A stretch of 64,000 bases of DNA, from positions 397,234,001 to 397,298,000 of the forward strand of contig OZ024740.1 in the NCBI GenBank assembly GCA_964016885.1, read 5' to 3'. Source of the stretch: Eledone cirrhosa (lineage: Eukaryota). The notes below the pieces were generated by a model, which worked only from the letters and a program-made list of their open reading frames with translations, was not told where the DNA came from and searched no databases. Shown here one piece after another: positions 26,460-39,521 of the stretch. Within the stretch, counting starts at the first letter, position 1, and each line of letters begins with the position of its first letter. A program made the position numbers and the translations under genes.

Positions 26460-29400
26460 ATGGGTTGACTGCGGAAATTTAAAAAGTCTAAGCATTCAAT
26501 GGCAATGTCACAGATAAAGATAAATTCACCTCCCGCTGCAAGACGAGAATACAAGGACCCCTCTTTATTTCAGACACAGATGACCAACAAAATCCCGTCC
26601 CCCACACCCCTACCTGCCCGTCCAACCCATCCATCCCACCCTCCCAAATTCAGAGTTGGTACCATGAACGTGGGCACATTGAAAAGTCGCTCAAATGAGG
26701 TTGTATAGATGCTTGAACGTAAAGAAGTTTGCTGTATCCAAGAGTCAGGTGGAGAGGGGGGGTCTGCCAGATTCATTGTGGGTAAAAAACGATGCTATAA
26801 ACTTTTCTGGGTGGGAAATGACAACGGACAGGGTGGTGTAGGAATTATGTTAGCTGAAAAATGGGTAGATAAGGTAATTGACGTAGAGTGAACGACAGAA
26901 TAATTGAATTAAGACTAGTTCTAAATAGAACTACTGTGACAATAATATCTGCTTATGCACCCCAATCTGGTCTACCTGATGTTATAAAGGACAGGTTCTA
27001 TGAGATGCTAATGCACACTACCTCCCAAATAACCGACAGTGACTACTTAATTATTGCTGGTGATCTAAACAGTCACGTTGGACAACATAGTGATGGCTAT
27101 GATGGAATCCATGGAGGCTATGGGGTTGGAAATAGAAGTGAGGAGGGCTTCAGAATCCTGGAATTCTGTGATGCAAATAGCCTAACTATCTGTAACATAA
27201 ACTTCAAAAAAAGTGAAAACCACTTGATCACCTATAGATCAGGGGAACACACCAGCCAGATAGATTATATCCTTACTAGAAGACGGTACAAAATGTCTGT
27301 TGTAAACACTAAATCCCTCCCCCGTGAAGAATGCACCTCCTAACATAGCCTAGTAGTTTTATTGACCTCATAGTCAAGAATAGACGTACTCAACGACAGA
27401 GCAGGCCTACCTTGAGGAGACGAATATGGAAGTTGAAGGACCCCATAGCCAGTGACAAATTTAAAAGCTTATTACTTGATGCCTTTGACAATAAGGAAGA
27501 GCATTTAGAGACGTGCGATATAGAGGAACAGTGGCAATTTTTGAAAGTGAACCTGCTGAAAGCTACGGATGAAATCTGTGGCTGGAGCAGACCTATTGGC
27601 AGGAGGAGAGTGACTTGGTGGTGGAATAGTAAGGTGGAAGAGACAATCAAGGCCAAAAAGCAGGCTTGGAAAGTATGGCAGGATGGAGGAAGTAGAGAGC
27701 ACTATCACCAGGAGAGAAACTAGCAGACAAGTGTACCTTGCAAAAAAGGTAGCAGAGGATAGAAAGTTCAAGCATGTTCTACAACACGAGGACCAAAAAC
27801 GTGAGGTGTTCAGGATTGCTAGACAATGTGTCAAGGAAAACCATGATATTGTCGGGGAGAAGTGTGTCCATAATGATAATGGTGTACTTACGCTCACTGA
27901 TACTGATAAGAAAATAGCCTGGAAGTGTCACTACGAGAGACTATTAAATGAGGAGAATAAATGGGAAAAAGATAGTCTGCCCCAAATCGATCCAATAGAA
28001 GGACCAGCGGTGCAAGTTAAAGGTAGTATAATAAGTAAGGCAATCAAAGATATGAAGATAGGCAAGCAGCTGGGCCTTCGGAGATAGTTGCTAAGATGTT
28101 GAAGGCATCTGGTATGGTGGGACACACTATGGTCACCCGTATAGTTAACCAAGTAATACAGAATGGGGTCATACCAAAAGACTGGCTTAGCAGCATCATC
28201 ATTAACTGCTACATGGGTAAAGGGGATGGTCTAGATAGAGGAAACTATAGAGGCATTAAGTTAGTTGACCAGGTCATGAAGGTCACAGAAAGAGTTATAG
28301 CGCAACTAATCAGAGAGCGTATTGATCTAGATGAAATGCAGTTTGGGTTTGTGTCAGGTAAAAGTACCACAGACGCTCTTTTCCTTGTACGACAACTACA
28401 AGAGAAGTACCTAGCTAAAAGTAAACCCCTCTACTTAACTTTTGTAGACCTGGAGAAAGCTTTTGACAGAGTCCCCTGCTCCATTATCTGGTGGGCTCTT
28501 AGAAAACTAGGCGTAGATGAATGGCTTGTGAGAGCTATACAAGCTATGTATAATGAAACAGTCAGTAAGGTTAGAATTAACAATGAATATTGTGAAGAAT
28601 TTAGTATAAAAGTTGGCGTTCATCAAGGCTCTGTCCTTAGCCCCCTCTTATTTATTATTGCCCTTCAGGCTATAACAGAGGCGTTCAAGTCCGGCTGCCC
28701 ATGGGAACTCCTATACGCAGATGATCTAACGTTCATAGCTGACTCAATAGCTGAACTAGAGAAGAAATTCAAAACATGGAAGCATGGCCTAGAATTAAAA
28801 GGCCTTAAAGTTAACTTGTCTAAGACTAAAGTTCTAGTTTGTAGAAAGGAAAATGGGGCACAGGTGCCCTCAGGGAAATGGCCATGCTCAGTGTGTAGGA
28901 AAGGAGTAGGCAGAAATTCAATTTTATGTCCCAAATGCAAAGTATGGGTACATAAAAGATGTAGTTGGATCACAGGTAAACTATCTAAGAACGTAGACTT
29001 TATATGTGGCCAATGCTCAGGTGCAATAAGTAGCAAGTGTCCAAAGGATGCTAGCTCCTTCTATTGCCCAGATGGTTCTATAAAAATAGTAGACACTTTT
29101 CGTTACTTGGGTGACAAAATCAGCAGTGGTGGAGGGTGTTCTGAAAGTACAGTAGCCAGAGTCAGAACAGGATAGAAAAAGTTCAGAGAGCTTATACCAG
29201 TTGGCCACAAAAGGTTTCTCTCTAAAAATGAAAGGCAGATTGTATGATGCCTGTATACGAACAGCAATGCTACATGGCAGTGAGACAAAGGCATTACGTG
29301 CAGAGGACCTGCTTGGACTGGAAAGGAACGAAGCATGCATGCCCCATTGGATGTGTAATAGTAATATACGTGAACGGCAAAGCATAAATGAACTAAGTGA

Positions 29401-29969
29401 GAAATTAGGAATAAGAGGGATCAGATGCTGTTTACTTGAGAGAAGACTATGTTGGTATGGTCATGTGATGCACATGAAAGACGACAGCTGCATAAAAAAA
29501 GTGCAGGGCGATCAAAATTGATGGTAGTTACGGAGTAAGTAGACCCAGAAAAACCTGGGATGATCTGATAAATTCCGACCTCACACACTTACATCTCTCT
29601 AAGACAATGTCTCTGGACCGAGATCTTTGGATCCCGCCTTGCCTATGTACAAAGCGAAACCTACAGACAGTAGGCACCTCTTAACCAAATACACACCCCA
29701 ATCCACTACCCCTACCCTATCCTCCCACTCCCACCAACAGCACGAGAAAATGAGATTGAGATCGTGTAGGTGTCACAACAAAAAACACACATTCCACGCT
29801 GTAATGTTGCCGTGTAGGTAACATGGTAAAAAGTTCCCAGTTCCACACTGTAAATGTGGTTGGTGTTAGGAAGGGCATCCAGCCGTAGAAAACCTTGCCT
29901 CAAGTGGGATAACTCCCGTCTAACCCATGCTAGCGTGGAAAATGGACGTTAAATGGAGATGATGATGAT
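26460..29969 (+). mobile_element. Near full-length RTE LINE, same family as 16617-20603, heavily disrupted
   Basis: Fragmented ORFs 26499-29600 are colinear with APE-RT-finger. Tail gctagcgtggaaaatggacgttaaatggagatgatgat. The 5' boundary is approximate. Confidence 0.92.
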
Positions 29970-29971
29970 AG

Positions 29972-30791
29972 ATAGTTGAAAGACCAGGTATTCCCATAAA
30001 ACCCCAAATTAGTAAAACATACCCATTTCAAAGATCCCCCTGTACTGATAGGAAATGCATAGTCTGCAAGCTAAGCCCGCAAACAGACTGCAAAACTAGG
30101 AACGTAGTATATAGCATAAGATGTACTGAGGGACAGTGTAGGAATAACATCATAACATACATAGGTGAAACAGCCCGTAGCATAGGAGAAAGAATAAGTG
30201 AACACTCGCGAGAACTCCAGGATGGGAAAAACTCATCAATACTCCACCAACATGAAAAAATAGAACATAGGGGCATATTAGAGAACATAGAGATAAAAAT
30301 GATATCCACACACAGAAAAGATGCAATGCTCAGACAAATCACAGAGGCAACAAATATAAACAGACTCCAACTAAAATTAAACAGAAAACATGAGTGGAAT
30401 AGCAACATCACAACTATTAATTAAGGACAAAATGAAGACATACAGCCACACAAAACCAAACTAACAAAACAAATCAGACACTTACAGATAAAACAAATAA
30501 CCAACTAATGACAAGTAAATAAACACATAAATAAATAAAAACACACACACTCAAATGTAACGCACACAACATCCAAAAACAAGGTGGTGTAGGACAGAAC
30601 AAAAGAGAGACAAAATAAAAACCTAGTCACTGAGGAGGTCACAGAATGTGTGACGAAAGAGTTGACAATATATAAACAACCATCCAGTTATTGAACCAAG
30701 CAACCAGCCAACTGGAAATTTATAATAAATTGAAGTGAAAACAAACAGGTGCGTGTATTTTTATTGGCAGCATGACCCTCCTAAAGTATAG

Positions 30792-30793
<2 letters not shown>
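29972..30793 (+). mobile_element. Penelope-like element 3' part: intact GIY-YIG endonuclease frame (29972-30424) plus pseudo-LTR
   Basis: My translation, absent from the ORF track: IVERPG..PCTDRKCIVCK..DCKTRNVVYSIRCTEGQC..TYIGETARSIGERISEH..SILHQH..H..MLRQITEA..LNRKHEWN, 150 codons without a stop. Ends at (TA)n. Confidence 0.92.
30626..30666 (+). ncRNA. Hammerhead motif in the PLE 3' region (stem III eroded)
   Basis: Reads gtca-CTGAGGA-g-gtcac-agaatgt-gtgac-GAAA-gagt-tgac; homologous to 11466-11508. Confidence 0.62.
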
Positions 30794-30837
<44 letters not shown>

Positions 30838-30871
30838 TTTCATCATTTTCATATATATATATATATATATT

Positions 30872-30902
<31 letters not shown>

Positions 30903-31396
30903 TATATATAAATGTATGAGTAAAGTTTGTTTGTGTAGATAAGTGTACAAACAAAAATAAAACAAGCAAGATTGCTTACCAAAGTATTTTTCTCAACATG
31001 GTCCTTGTAGGTTACAGTAATAGTGCAATAAGGGGGATAAGATTATAGTATCCAGGTGGAAGATCATGGAGTAATGATATTCTTAAATGTATAGGAAAAA
31101 CAAACACTATTCATGAAATATAGAAAAACTAACTTTGGATAAAATTCTTCACTTTTTTCTATACTTTCCGCCTAGACTTTGTTTTTCCTATACAGAGAGA
31201 GAGAGAGGGAGAGAGAGAGGGGGGGGGGGGGGGTTATAGTATTATTCAGTTTCCATTAGTGTAATGAATATGTAACAAGAATCTGAAGCTGCTTACAGTA
31301 GTGTTTTACTCAACGGTCAAATTATTTCATTTGGTAAGTCCTACGTTAGTTCCCCTATAGGTTCCAAGTCTAACAATTTACGAAGTATATATAGCA

Positions 31397-31543
31397 ATTT
31401 ACAAAATTACTATTTAAAACATCACATTCCAGAAGAGAGGGAATAACATTTATTGTATAACATGTCATTAACTGCCCCAGGGTGTTATGCAATAAATGTT
31501 ATTCCTACTCTTCTGGAATGTGATGTTTTAAATAATAAATTTG

Positions 31544-31548
<5 letters not shown>
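31397..31548. repeat. About 66-bp imperfect inverted repeat with a 20-nt loop, next to (TA)n
   Basis: 31397-31462 matches the reverse complement of 31483-31548. Confidence 0.88.
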
Positions 31549-31588
<40 letters not shown>

Positions 31589-33012
31589 GTAGATCACTGG
31601 AGATCCATAGTAGCAGAGCACTCAGTCCATTGGACGCGTTCAGAAGTTAGTTCCACAACAGTTAATTAACCATTATCAAGGACATGTGTTTCACCTTGCA
31701 GATCTTCACACTCAACTCAATGGTTTATAGTAAAAAACCGGAAGGCTATATGAAGAACGTCTGTCATGCAAATGTACATTGACAAGAGGGGCAAGTCCTA
31801 TTAGTTATATATATATATATCATTATCATCACCATTTTATGTCTATTTTCCATGCTTGCTTGAGTTAGATGAGCTCTCAAGGCTAAACTGTTCAGGTGAC
31901 CATGTCTTGCTTGTATGCTCATATTGTTATTTCTATGGCTATGTCCTTAACTCAGACTACTTTACAGAGAGCACAGAGAAATTTATCATAACTCGAGCAC
32001 TACCACCTTAAAGAGTGGACTGGATGCTTTTCATCATGGCACCAGAAATGCCACCTTACAGAATGGACTAGGTACTTTTCGTCATGTCACAAGCATGAGT
32101 GAGAGAGGGTAAGAGAGAGACAGAGAGAAAACAAAGAAATATGTTATATTGAAAAAAACAACTGTGTTCAAGTTTAATCTTTTTTATCAATAATTTTCCA
32201 TATTTTCGTTTAGTCCTTCAAGTTTAGTTTAGAACATGAAGGACTAAAAGTTCATTAACAGCCCCATACTGCTTCAATCTTATCTTCTGAATGAAGCAGT
32301 AGTAGTGAGGCATTTATTGCTCTGGTGTTTTATAGTAGGCAGCAACGGATTATGAGCATAATACTGTAAATAATAAAACCGTTCATTGGCAGATCAAGAT
32401 TTGTTGCAAAATACACAGCAAAAGTTACAAAACTCCTAGAATAGACAATGACAGTAACTTAATGTTAAATGATAAACACATTTTAATGATGATGATGATT
32501 TTATCAGTTACAACATCCCTGTCAGGATCCTTGATGCCAACTACACATAAACGGTGCATCAATAATAGTAAAACTGCCACTACTTTATTGAAAAGATAAG
32601 GCTAAGAGGATCTAGAAACATTAATGAACTTACGAATGGCATTGTTCCAAACTGAACATACATAACTAACAAAGAAATATAGAATTATCATTAAAAGAAG
32701 ATTAGATTTAAATGCAGTTATATCTTAAATCTAACATCTGAAAGATAGATTCTTATATATATCATCATCATCACTGTTTTATGTCGATTCTTCCACGCTA
32801 GCATGGATTAGACGGGCTGTCCCGTTGTGGGCAATGTTAGGTCAGCTGACCTTGTCTTGCTCATACGGGAGCTGATTCGGGTTGATTTCTACAACTGGAT
32901 GCCCTTCCTAACACCAACCTCATTTACAGTGAGTGCTGAGTGCTTTTTTTCATGGCGCCTACACAACCACTTTGCAGTGTGGTCTGGGTGCTTTTATATA
33001 TATACTTTTCAG

Positions 33013-33046
<34 letters not shown>

Positions 33047-33449
33047 TATATTCAGTGCCAGCCATTTTGGAAACACACACACCTCATTGGCAATGCACAC
33101 ATACACAAACGAAAAGTAAAAATAACAATACTTCACACACAAGATGCACCTTATCTGCACAAACATACCAACACCAATGATAGATCTGGATGTTCCACTA
33201 CCAATACTACACTCCAGCTCCCTTAATGCAGGACTACTTCCACCCTACATGCCTCCTCACCCATCCTGATGAAACTTTTTTTCCTTCAATCTTTCAACCT
33301 TCTCTCTTAACTTTAATATTTCCTGATGAAAGACTAGCATCTGATACATTCAGACATTTTTTTCCTTTCCATACAAATGTGAAACTAACAAGGCTTTGTG
33401 TAATTATTCTGTATTTGTCTTTAACTAATATATACATTCCTGTGTCCTA

Positions 33450-34790
33450 AGAAGCAACTAAAAGTTTTGGTGTCAGGAAAGGCATCTGGCTGTAAAACAT
33501 TGGCTCAAAGCATAATCTTTTCTGCCTAATGGTATCTGATAGCTGTGGAAGACCTTGATATAGCTCTCTGTGGGTTATATGGCCTCTGATGTTAATAATT
33601 CTTCTCAGTAGCTTAGTATATAATCCATCTATTTTTATTTCTAGGTTTCGTGTTATGAGCCAAGTTTTTGAATTGTGTAACAATACTTTTTACATGTACC
33701 CTGAAAAATGTAAGTTTCAATTTTCTGTCCATGTTAGATTTCCATATTTTGTCTAGCTTACTTAAATTAAAATCATCCTTGATATCTGGGATATAACTGC
33801 CAAATCACTTAATTTGCTCCACCCAACCAATGACTTGACCAGTTAAAGATTTTATTTGATAATCATCATTAATTCCATCTGTTACAATTTGTGTTTCGCT
33901 AGCATTAAGATGTAAACCAACTAGATTTGCTGCATGTTCAACACAATGTAATAAATGTTCAGCCAACTGCAGTGATTCATTGATCAGTGTGATGTAATCA
34001 ACATAAGTCAAATCCTTTAGTTGTATCTCTGGATACTGTGTCCCCCCTCATAGATTCTATAACAATCCCACAGTCTCTATCAGACATTTTAAATACCTCT
34101 TTCAATGAATAATCCAAAATAATAATGAACAAAAATGAAACATCCTGAAATATGCTGGTTAAAATACTGAAAAAGGTGGCTGCACCATCTGAGGTCATCA
34201 CCTGGGCTTTTGTGTTTAGATTAGTTTAATTGCATTTACTATTAAAGGTGGTATGCTATATGCTTTAAGAATTTGGAATATTCTTTCCCAATGTATGGAA
34301 TCAAATGCCTTTGAAAAATCAATGAATAGTAATGCTAATGGAAAATGTTTGTCTTTCAAACTCTCAATGATTCTCCTCGGTGCTAAAATGTTTGATAAAA
34401 TGGAGTGTGATTTTCGAAACCCACATTGAGTCCAGCTCAATAATCGATCTATAAATGGTTTTATACGTTTTAGAATCATTTTATTATATAATTTTGATGC
34501 AATAGTGTTTAAACTAATACCCCCACTGTTGTAAAACCATGCAAGTAGTAGCACTTCTTAGAATAGGTTTAATGGCACTCTTTGACCATTGTGTTGGTTT
34601 GATATGTCATGTTAAGTCTATATTACAGAGTTCAAAGAGATATTGCACGAATTGTGGTGATTCCCATTTCTCTAAAGGAATACAATCCATTTCTACAGTT
34701 CCTCCTTGCTTTGATACTTTTATTGCTCTATTTAACTCTTCCTGAGTAAAGAAGCCTTCATTAATTGGTAACTGTTGTTCCACTACTGGA
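33450..34790 (-). mobile_element. Old RTE LINE RT remnant
   Basis: GISLNTIASKLYNKMIL, QCGFRKSHS, FIDFSKAFDSI, YVDYITL (YADD-like) and LHNSKTW in broken frames. Confidence 0.85.
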
Positions 34791-36519
34791 GATATATATA
34801 TATATATATATAATACAGCTAAGACAAAAGGATATGCATAAATAAATACGCTGGTTTTATATAATGAAATAAATGCATACATATATTTGGGGGGGGGGGC
34901 ATGAACGTGATTCTAACAATCATATTTTTAAGATAAAACATGTTTCCATCAATGGATGACAGAAAGTGAGAATCTTCAAAAAAGTATACTAATTCCATTC
35001 AGAGTAGTGGAACTGAAAAGCAAAAGTGACAAGATACCGATGCAGAAGATATATCAATAAATTTTTTATGACACTTACACATCACAACAGTACTAGAATT
35101 TTCAAAATGAATTGTAAATGTCATATTTAAAATCAACTTACAGGAATGGTCTGTTATATTAATGGTAGAATTAAATATTCCACAAACACGATGAAGATAT
35201 CTTCAGCTTAAAGCAGAGGGCTCAAATATGAAAATGATTTCAGTTTTTCATATTTATTGAGCGCACTTCTAAAACACTTTATGTAAAAATATTTTTATTA
35301 TTCTTGTGAAATAGTTATTTCTATTGTTAATATAAAAAATACACAATACAAATTGTAGTTTAATTATTTATTCAATACTGAGATTCTACTCCATTGTGAT
35401 GCAATTTTTTCATGTCTATTTTTCACATCAACTCAGAAAAATCTCATGCTGAGGGAAGAGGAGGAGAATAAGAGGGTAGGGTTATTGATATGTAGTTTGT
35501 CAGTTTTTCTAGAATAAACATGTCATATGAAACACAGCAATAACTATGTAGAGTGGTAGGTGAAATTAAACTAATACTTTTGTGAAACTAATAGAAATCA
35601 TTTTACAGAAACCAATCGAAGCCATGCATCATCAAGATATTTGCCTTAACAATAGGCATGTAGTTCTTCCTGTAACATTTTAACTAAGACGATTCACCTT
35701 AGGTGAGTGACGCTCTTTTGAAATTATTGAATCTGCTGTGTATAACACACCACTGTCATCATCATCGATACTGTTGTCATTCTAGTCAGTAGTCGAATAT
35801 TATTTGTTAAAGAAATTACTACCAAAAGTAGAGCAAAAACAATGTAAAGCACAACAAAGCTACTTGGACAATTCAGTCATCCCAGTGGTAAAAATGCATG
35901 TAATGCCGGAATAAAAAATGTTAACTTTATGAAGGCCTTGAAAGACAGACACATTGAAAAGCTAAATTAAGTGTGGATGAAGAGAAGACGCAGAGGGCAA
36001 TGGACATCAATAAGGTCACGTGATGTGACAAAAGAGCTTTAACAATTAACTAATTACCATATATACTCAAATATAAATCTACCACTATTTTATGGCTGAG
36101 AAATGGGCAAAAATGTAAACTCGATTTACAAAAGTGTGGGGGAGGCACAAGTGAGAGAGGGGGAAAGAGTGAGAAGGGAGAGAGTGAGAACAATAAAACA
36201 CAAATCAGAAGTAAAGCTTCATTCTTACGTAATATTGAAAGATAAAGTGTTAGTAAGCCATAGGAAAATAGTCGGCGTGTGTGTATGTGTATATGTATAT
36301 GTATGTGTGTGTACATGTGGATGCATGTATGTGTAGAGGGTATTTATGTATTAAAATGTTCAAATTATAAAAATTTGTTGGAAATATTTTCCAGGGAACG
36401 CATAAATAACGCTAAAGACAATGTAGTAAAAAAAAATAAAAGTAAACTTTCATTGTAAAATAATCCCTCCATATAGTTTAGCACCTTATTTATGTAGAAT
36501 TTGAAATTGGTGAATATCG

Positions 36520-36608
36520 GCAAAATATTGACTCCGATTATAAGTCGACCCCATTTTACCCTCGATTTTGGGGTCACATATTCCTCGACTTATATTCGAC
36601 TATATACG
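36520..36608 (-). mobile_element. pogo/Tc2-like transposon terminal fragment
   Basis: The reverse complement begins cgtatatagtcgaatataagtcga, with an internal inverted tataagtcga/tcgacttata pair. Confidence 0.5.
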
Positions 36609-36959
36609 TTCATAAACCAACTGGTTGCAGGATTAATTAATTAATTAATAATAAAACGGAAGTAAAACTTAACTGGTGCATGTATTTGATTAGCAGTATG
36701 ACCCTCCTCAAATTTATAAAACATTTACAAGAATGAATTCTTGTGAAATATGTACCAGATACAAGAAGAAATAAAAACAAATGCTGAATTGGATATTTGT
36801 TGTTTGGAGTAATGAAATTGTTTTTACTACAGTTTTAAAATGTTATCATTTATTGTATAATAACCCTTATCATTCTCATCATCGACATCACAAACCTGCC
36901 AACCTCTAAAAACCCAAATGGGGAGTACCATGAAAAACATTGCCCCAAAACGGGGAGAA

Positions 36960-37435
36960 ATAAGGCAAAACTGACTTGGTAAACACCCACAAAATTGTTA
37001 ACCATCTTGCCAACAACAACCCTGAGTACCTTTTTGATTTCCATGTGTCTAACACACGTGGACATGCCCACAAAGTCAGAAAACAGCACAGTTCCCAAGA
37101 TTTTCGGAAACATTTTTTCACGCTCAGAGTTGCTGAAGCATGGAACAAACTACCGGCATCAGTTCTTAGCTGTCGAGACACTGCATCCTTTAAAACCTCC
37201 ATGGAACAAACTACCTTCATCAGTTGTTAGCTGTCGAGACACTGCATCCTTTAAAACCTTTATGCTTCCCGAGATTCGCCAACATTACACCTAATGTTCC
37301 CCCTCCATACACACATGTATATCATGACTCATACACTATTCACTTGACATTTGTATATTATTCTATGTACTATACATGCACCTTTGACGAGTTGTAGTGC
37401 ACCTGAGCACTTTACACAATAATTTCATTATTATT
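36960..37435 (+). mobile_element. CR1-like LINE 3' end with a 61-bp tandem duplication
   Basis: TRGHAHKV..FFTLRVAEAWNKLP..SFK. Duplication at 37139-37199 and 37200-37260; (ATT)n tail. Confidence 0.85.
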
Positions 37436-37594
37436 AAAATGGGGAGATTTTTACATATTGAAAGCTATAATCATTTTCACAAGAGAAGACATCTCTCACC
37501 CCCAAAGTGGGTGGGAGATCTCCCCATCGAACGAGGAGAGTTGACACGTCGACATCATTATAATCTTCATCACTCAAATCTTTATTCTAACCAT

Positions 37595-37810
37595 AATGAT
37601 TTCTACTATAGGCACAAGGCCAGAAATTTGGGTGGAAGGGGAAAGTTGATTAAATCGACCCCAGTGCATTACTGGTGTTTTATTGTATCGACCCCGTAAG
37701 GCAAAGCTAACCTCGGCGGCATTTGAACTCAGAACATAAAAAGCCATAACTCTATGCTGCAAAGCATGGTGTCTGACGCTCTACCATTACTGCCAATCCA
37801 CCGCCCTTCT
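37595..37810 (-). mobile_element. tRNA-derived SINE with a Nin/Deu-like core (other copies near 56500-56750, 59300-59490, 62270-62420, 48960-49075)
   Basis: On the minus strand: B-box-like gagttcaaatgcc followed by cggggtcgata..accag. Recurs through the window. Confidence 0.65.
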
Positions 37811-39521
37811 TTATTCTAACCATAATGGCAGTGCTAAATAAAATGATTCATGGTATATATAGTCCTTTCAGCATTCTGAAGTCAAAATCGCCAAAGTTGA
37901 CTTCTCTCTTCACTCCATGTAGGGTCAATAAATAAATACAAGTACTGGAGTTGATTAAATTGATTATACCTTTCATCCAAAATGTGTTGCCGTATGCATT
38001 AAAAATCAATACTATCATCGATGTCGGCACAGTTGTTATCATCACTAGACTTTATTATTAGCTTGTTAGTTTTTTATAGATTGCTTATTGATACAAACCT
38101 TCTTCTTCGTTGTCCACTTATTCCTGAGAGGGTCGTGAGGGAAGAGTCCCAAAACAATCAAATAAACTTCGTTTATTTGATTATCCTTGTTTAGTTTTAG
38201 ATTTTTTTTAAAATATATAAGTCAAAACGTTTGGTTTTATGACCACAAATACAACGCCTCAAGTCGTTTCGTTCTCATCTAAGTTTCTAGTAATTGCTTG
38301 CGTGCATGTCTTCCATTTTCATAAATTCAATATTTCGAAAATATCTCTCTAAAGCCACGTTTCAAGTAACCCATGTGAGCAAAGGAAAATAAACTGTAAT
38401 GTATTATCGATTTAGTAGGTGGGAGGCGGTCAAAATTTACAGACCATTAATATTTTTTATAAATATTTTCTCGAACAATACCAAATAATTAAAATTTGGT
38501 GGAGTTGGGTCGCAGACAGCGAAGTTCTTGTCGTCAATGACGGCTCGCCTTACTGAGGTGTCACGTATTGACCATGAGTGTGCCTTGTTGATTCAACAAC
38601 TTAGCCTCGCCATCACCCGTGTCAATATTGCGAGCGTATTGGCTTGCCCCAAAATGTTTAGTTAACTGTTATGGTGTGATGTGCGGCCGATTGTCGCTCT
38701 TGGTGATGATTTGATGGTCGGTTTCGTTTTGGCTTCCCCACCTTTTTTCTCTCTTTTATGCGTTTATATTTGTGTTTATCAACGCCATTATATTTGTAAA
38801 GTTCTTCTGAACGAATTGCGAGCAATTTATGTTATTTATGTATATATTTAAAACATATTTGTAATGTTATTTATACAACTGTGAAAAAAATGTCTCTCTT
38901 ATTCTCGTTATACATGAATGAATGCAAGTATAATTTACTATATACGTAGACAAGGGATGTGACGCGAAACATTTACGTTACAGCGGACTAAACGTGACGA
39001 TCTGTCGTCTTAAGCTATGTAAACAATGATATAGGCTGTTTCATTTCAGTAGCCAATAAAACATGTTAGATCTAAGACAAAAGGTTGCTTTAAACAAAAT
39101 ATAATTAGAATAATTAATTGTATCCAGAGCTAAATTTCCGCTGTATATAATTCTAAGCTAGTACGTCACTTCAACCTGAGATTTGTGGTTGAAAGGAAAT
39201 TAACAGAAAATAATATAATTTATTAGAAAATAAGACATCGAAGAATCATTTATAATGTTAACCCTTTCGTGATCATATTTCTGTTTTTGCTTAAATTATC
39301 AAAAAATAATCGAATTTTCAACGTAATTACCAAAGACAAATATTTAACAAGTGAAATTTCATGTTACCTAGTATGTATGTAATAATATCTCAGTCCAAGA
39401 TTTAAATTTAAACACTTTAATTAAGTTGGATTGGTATTTGAAGGTGTAACGGTGAGGCAAAAATACTTATCTTTCAAGAGTATTGACTTTATGTGATGGT
39501 GCTTTAGGATTTTCTTTATAT

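Noticed and set aside
29972-30424. Selenocysteine recoding, as reported for some Naiad PLEs
   Set aside because: All Cys positions are TGT/TGC with no in-frame TGA, and the stop in the 12.0 kb copy is TAG.
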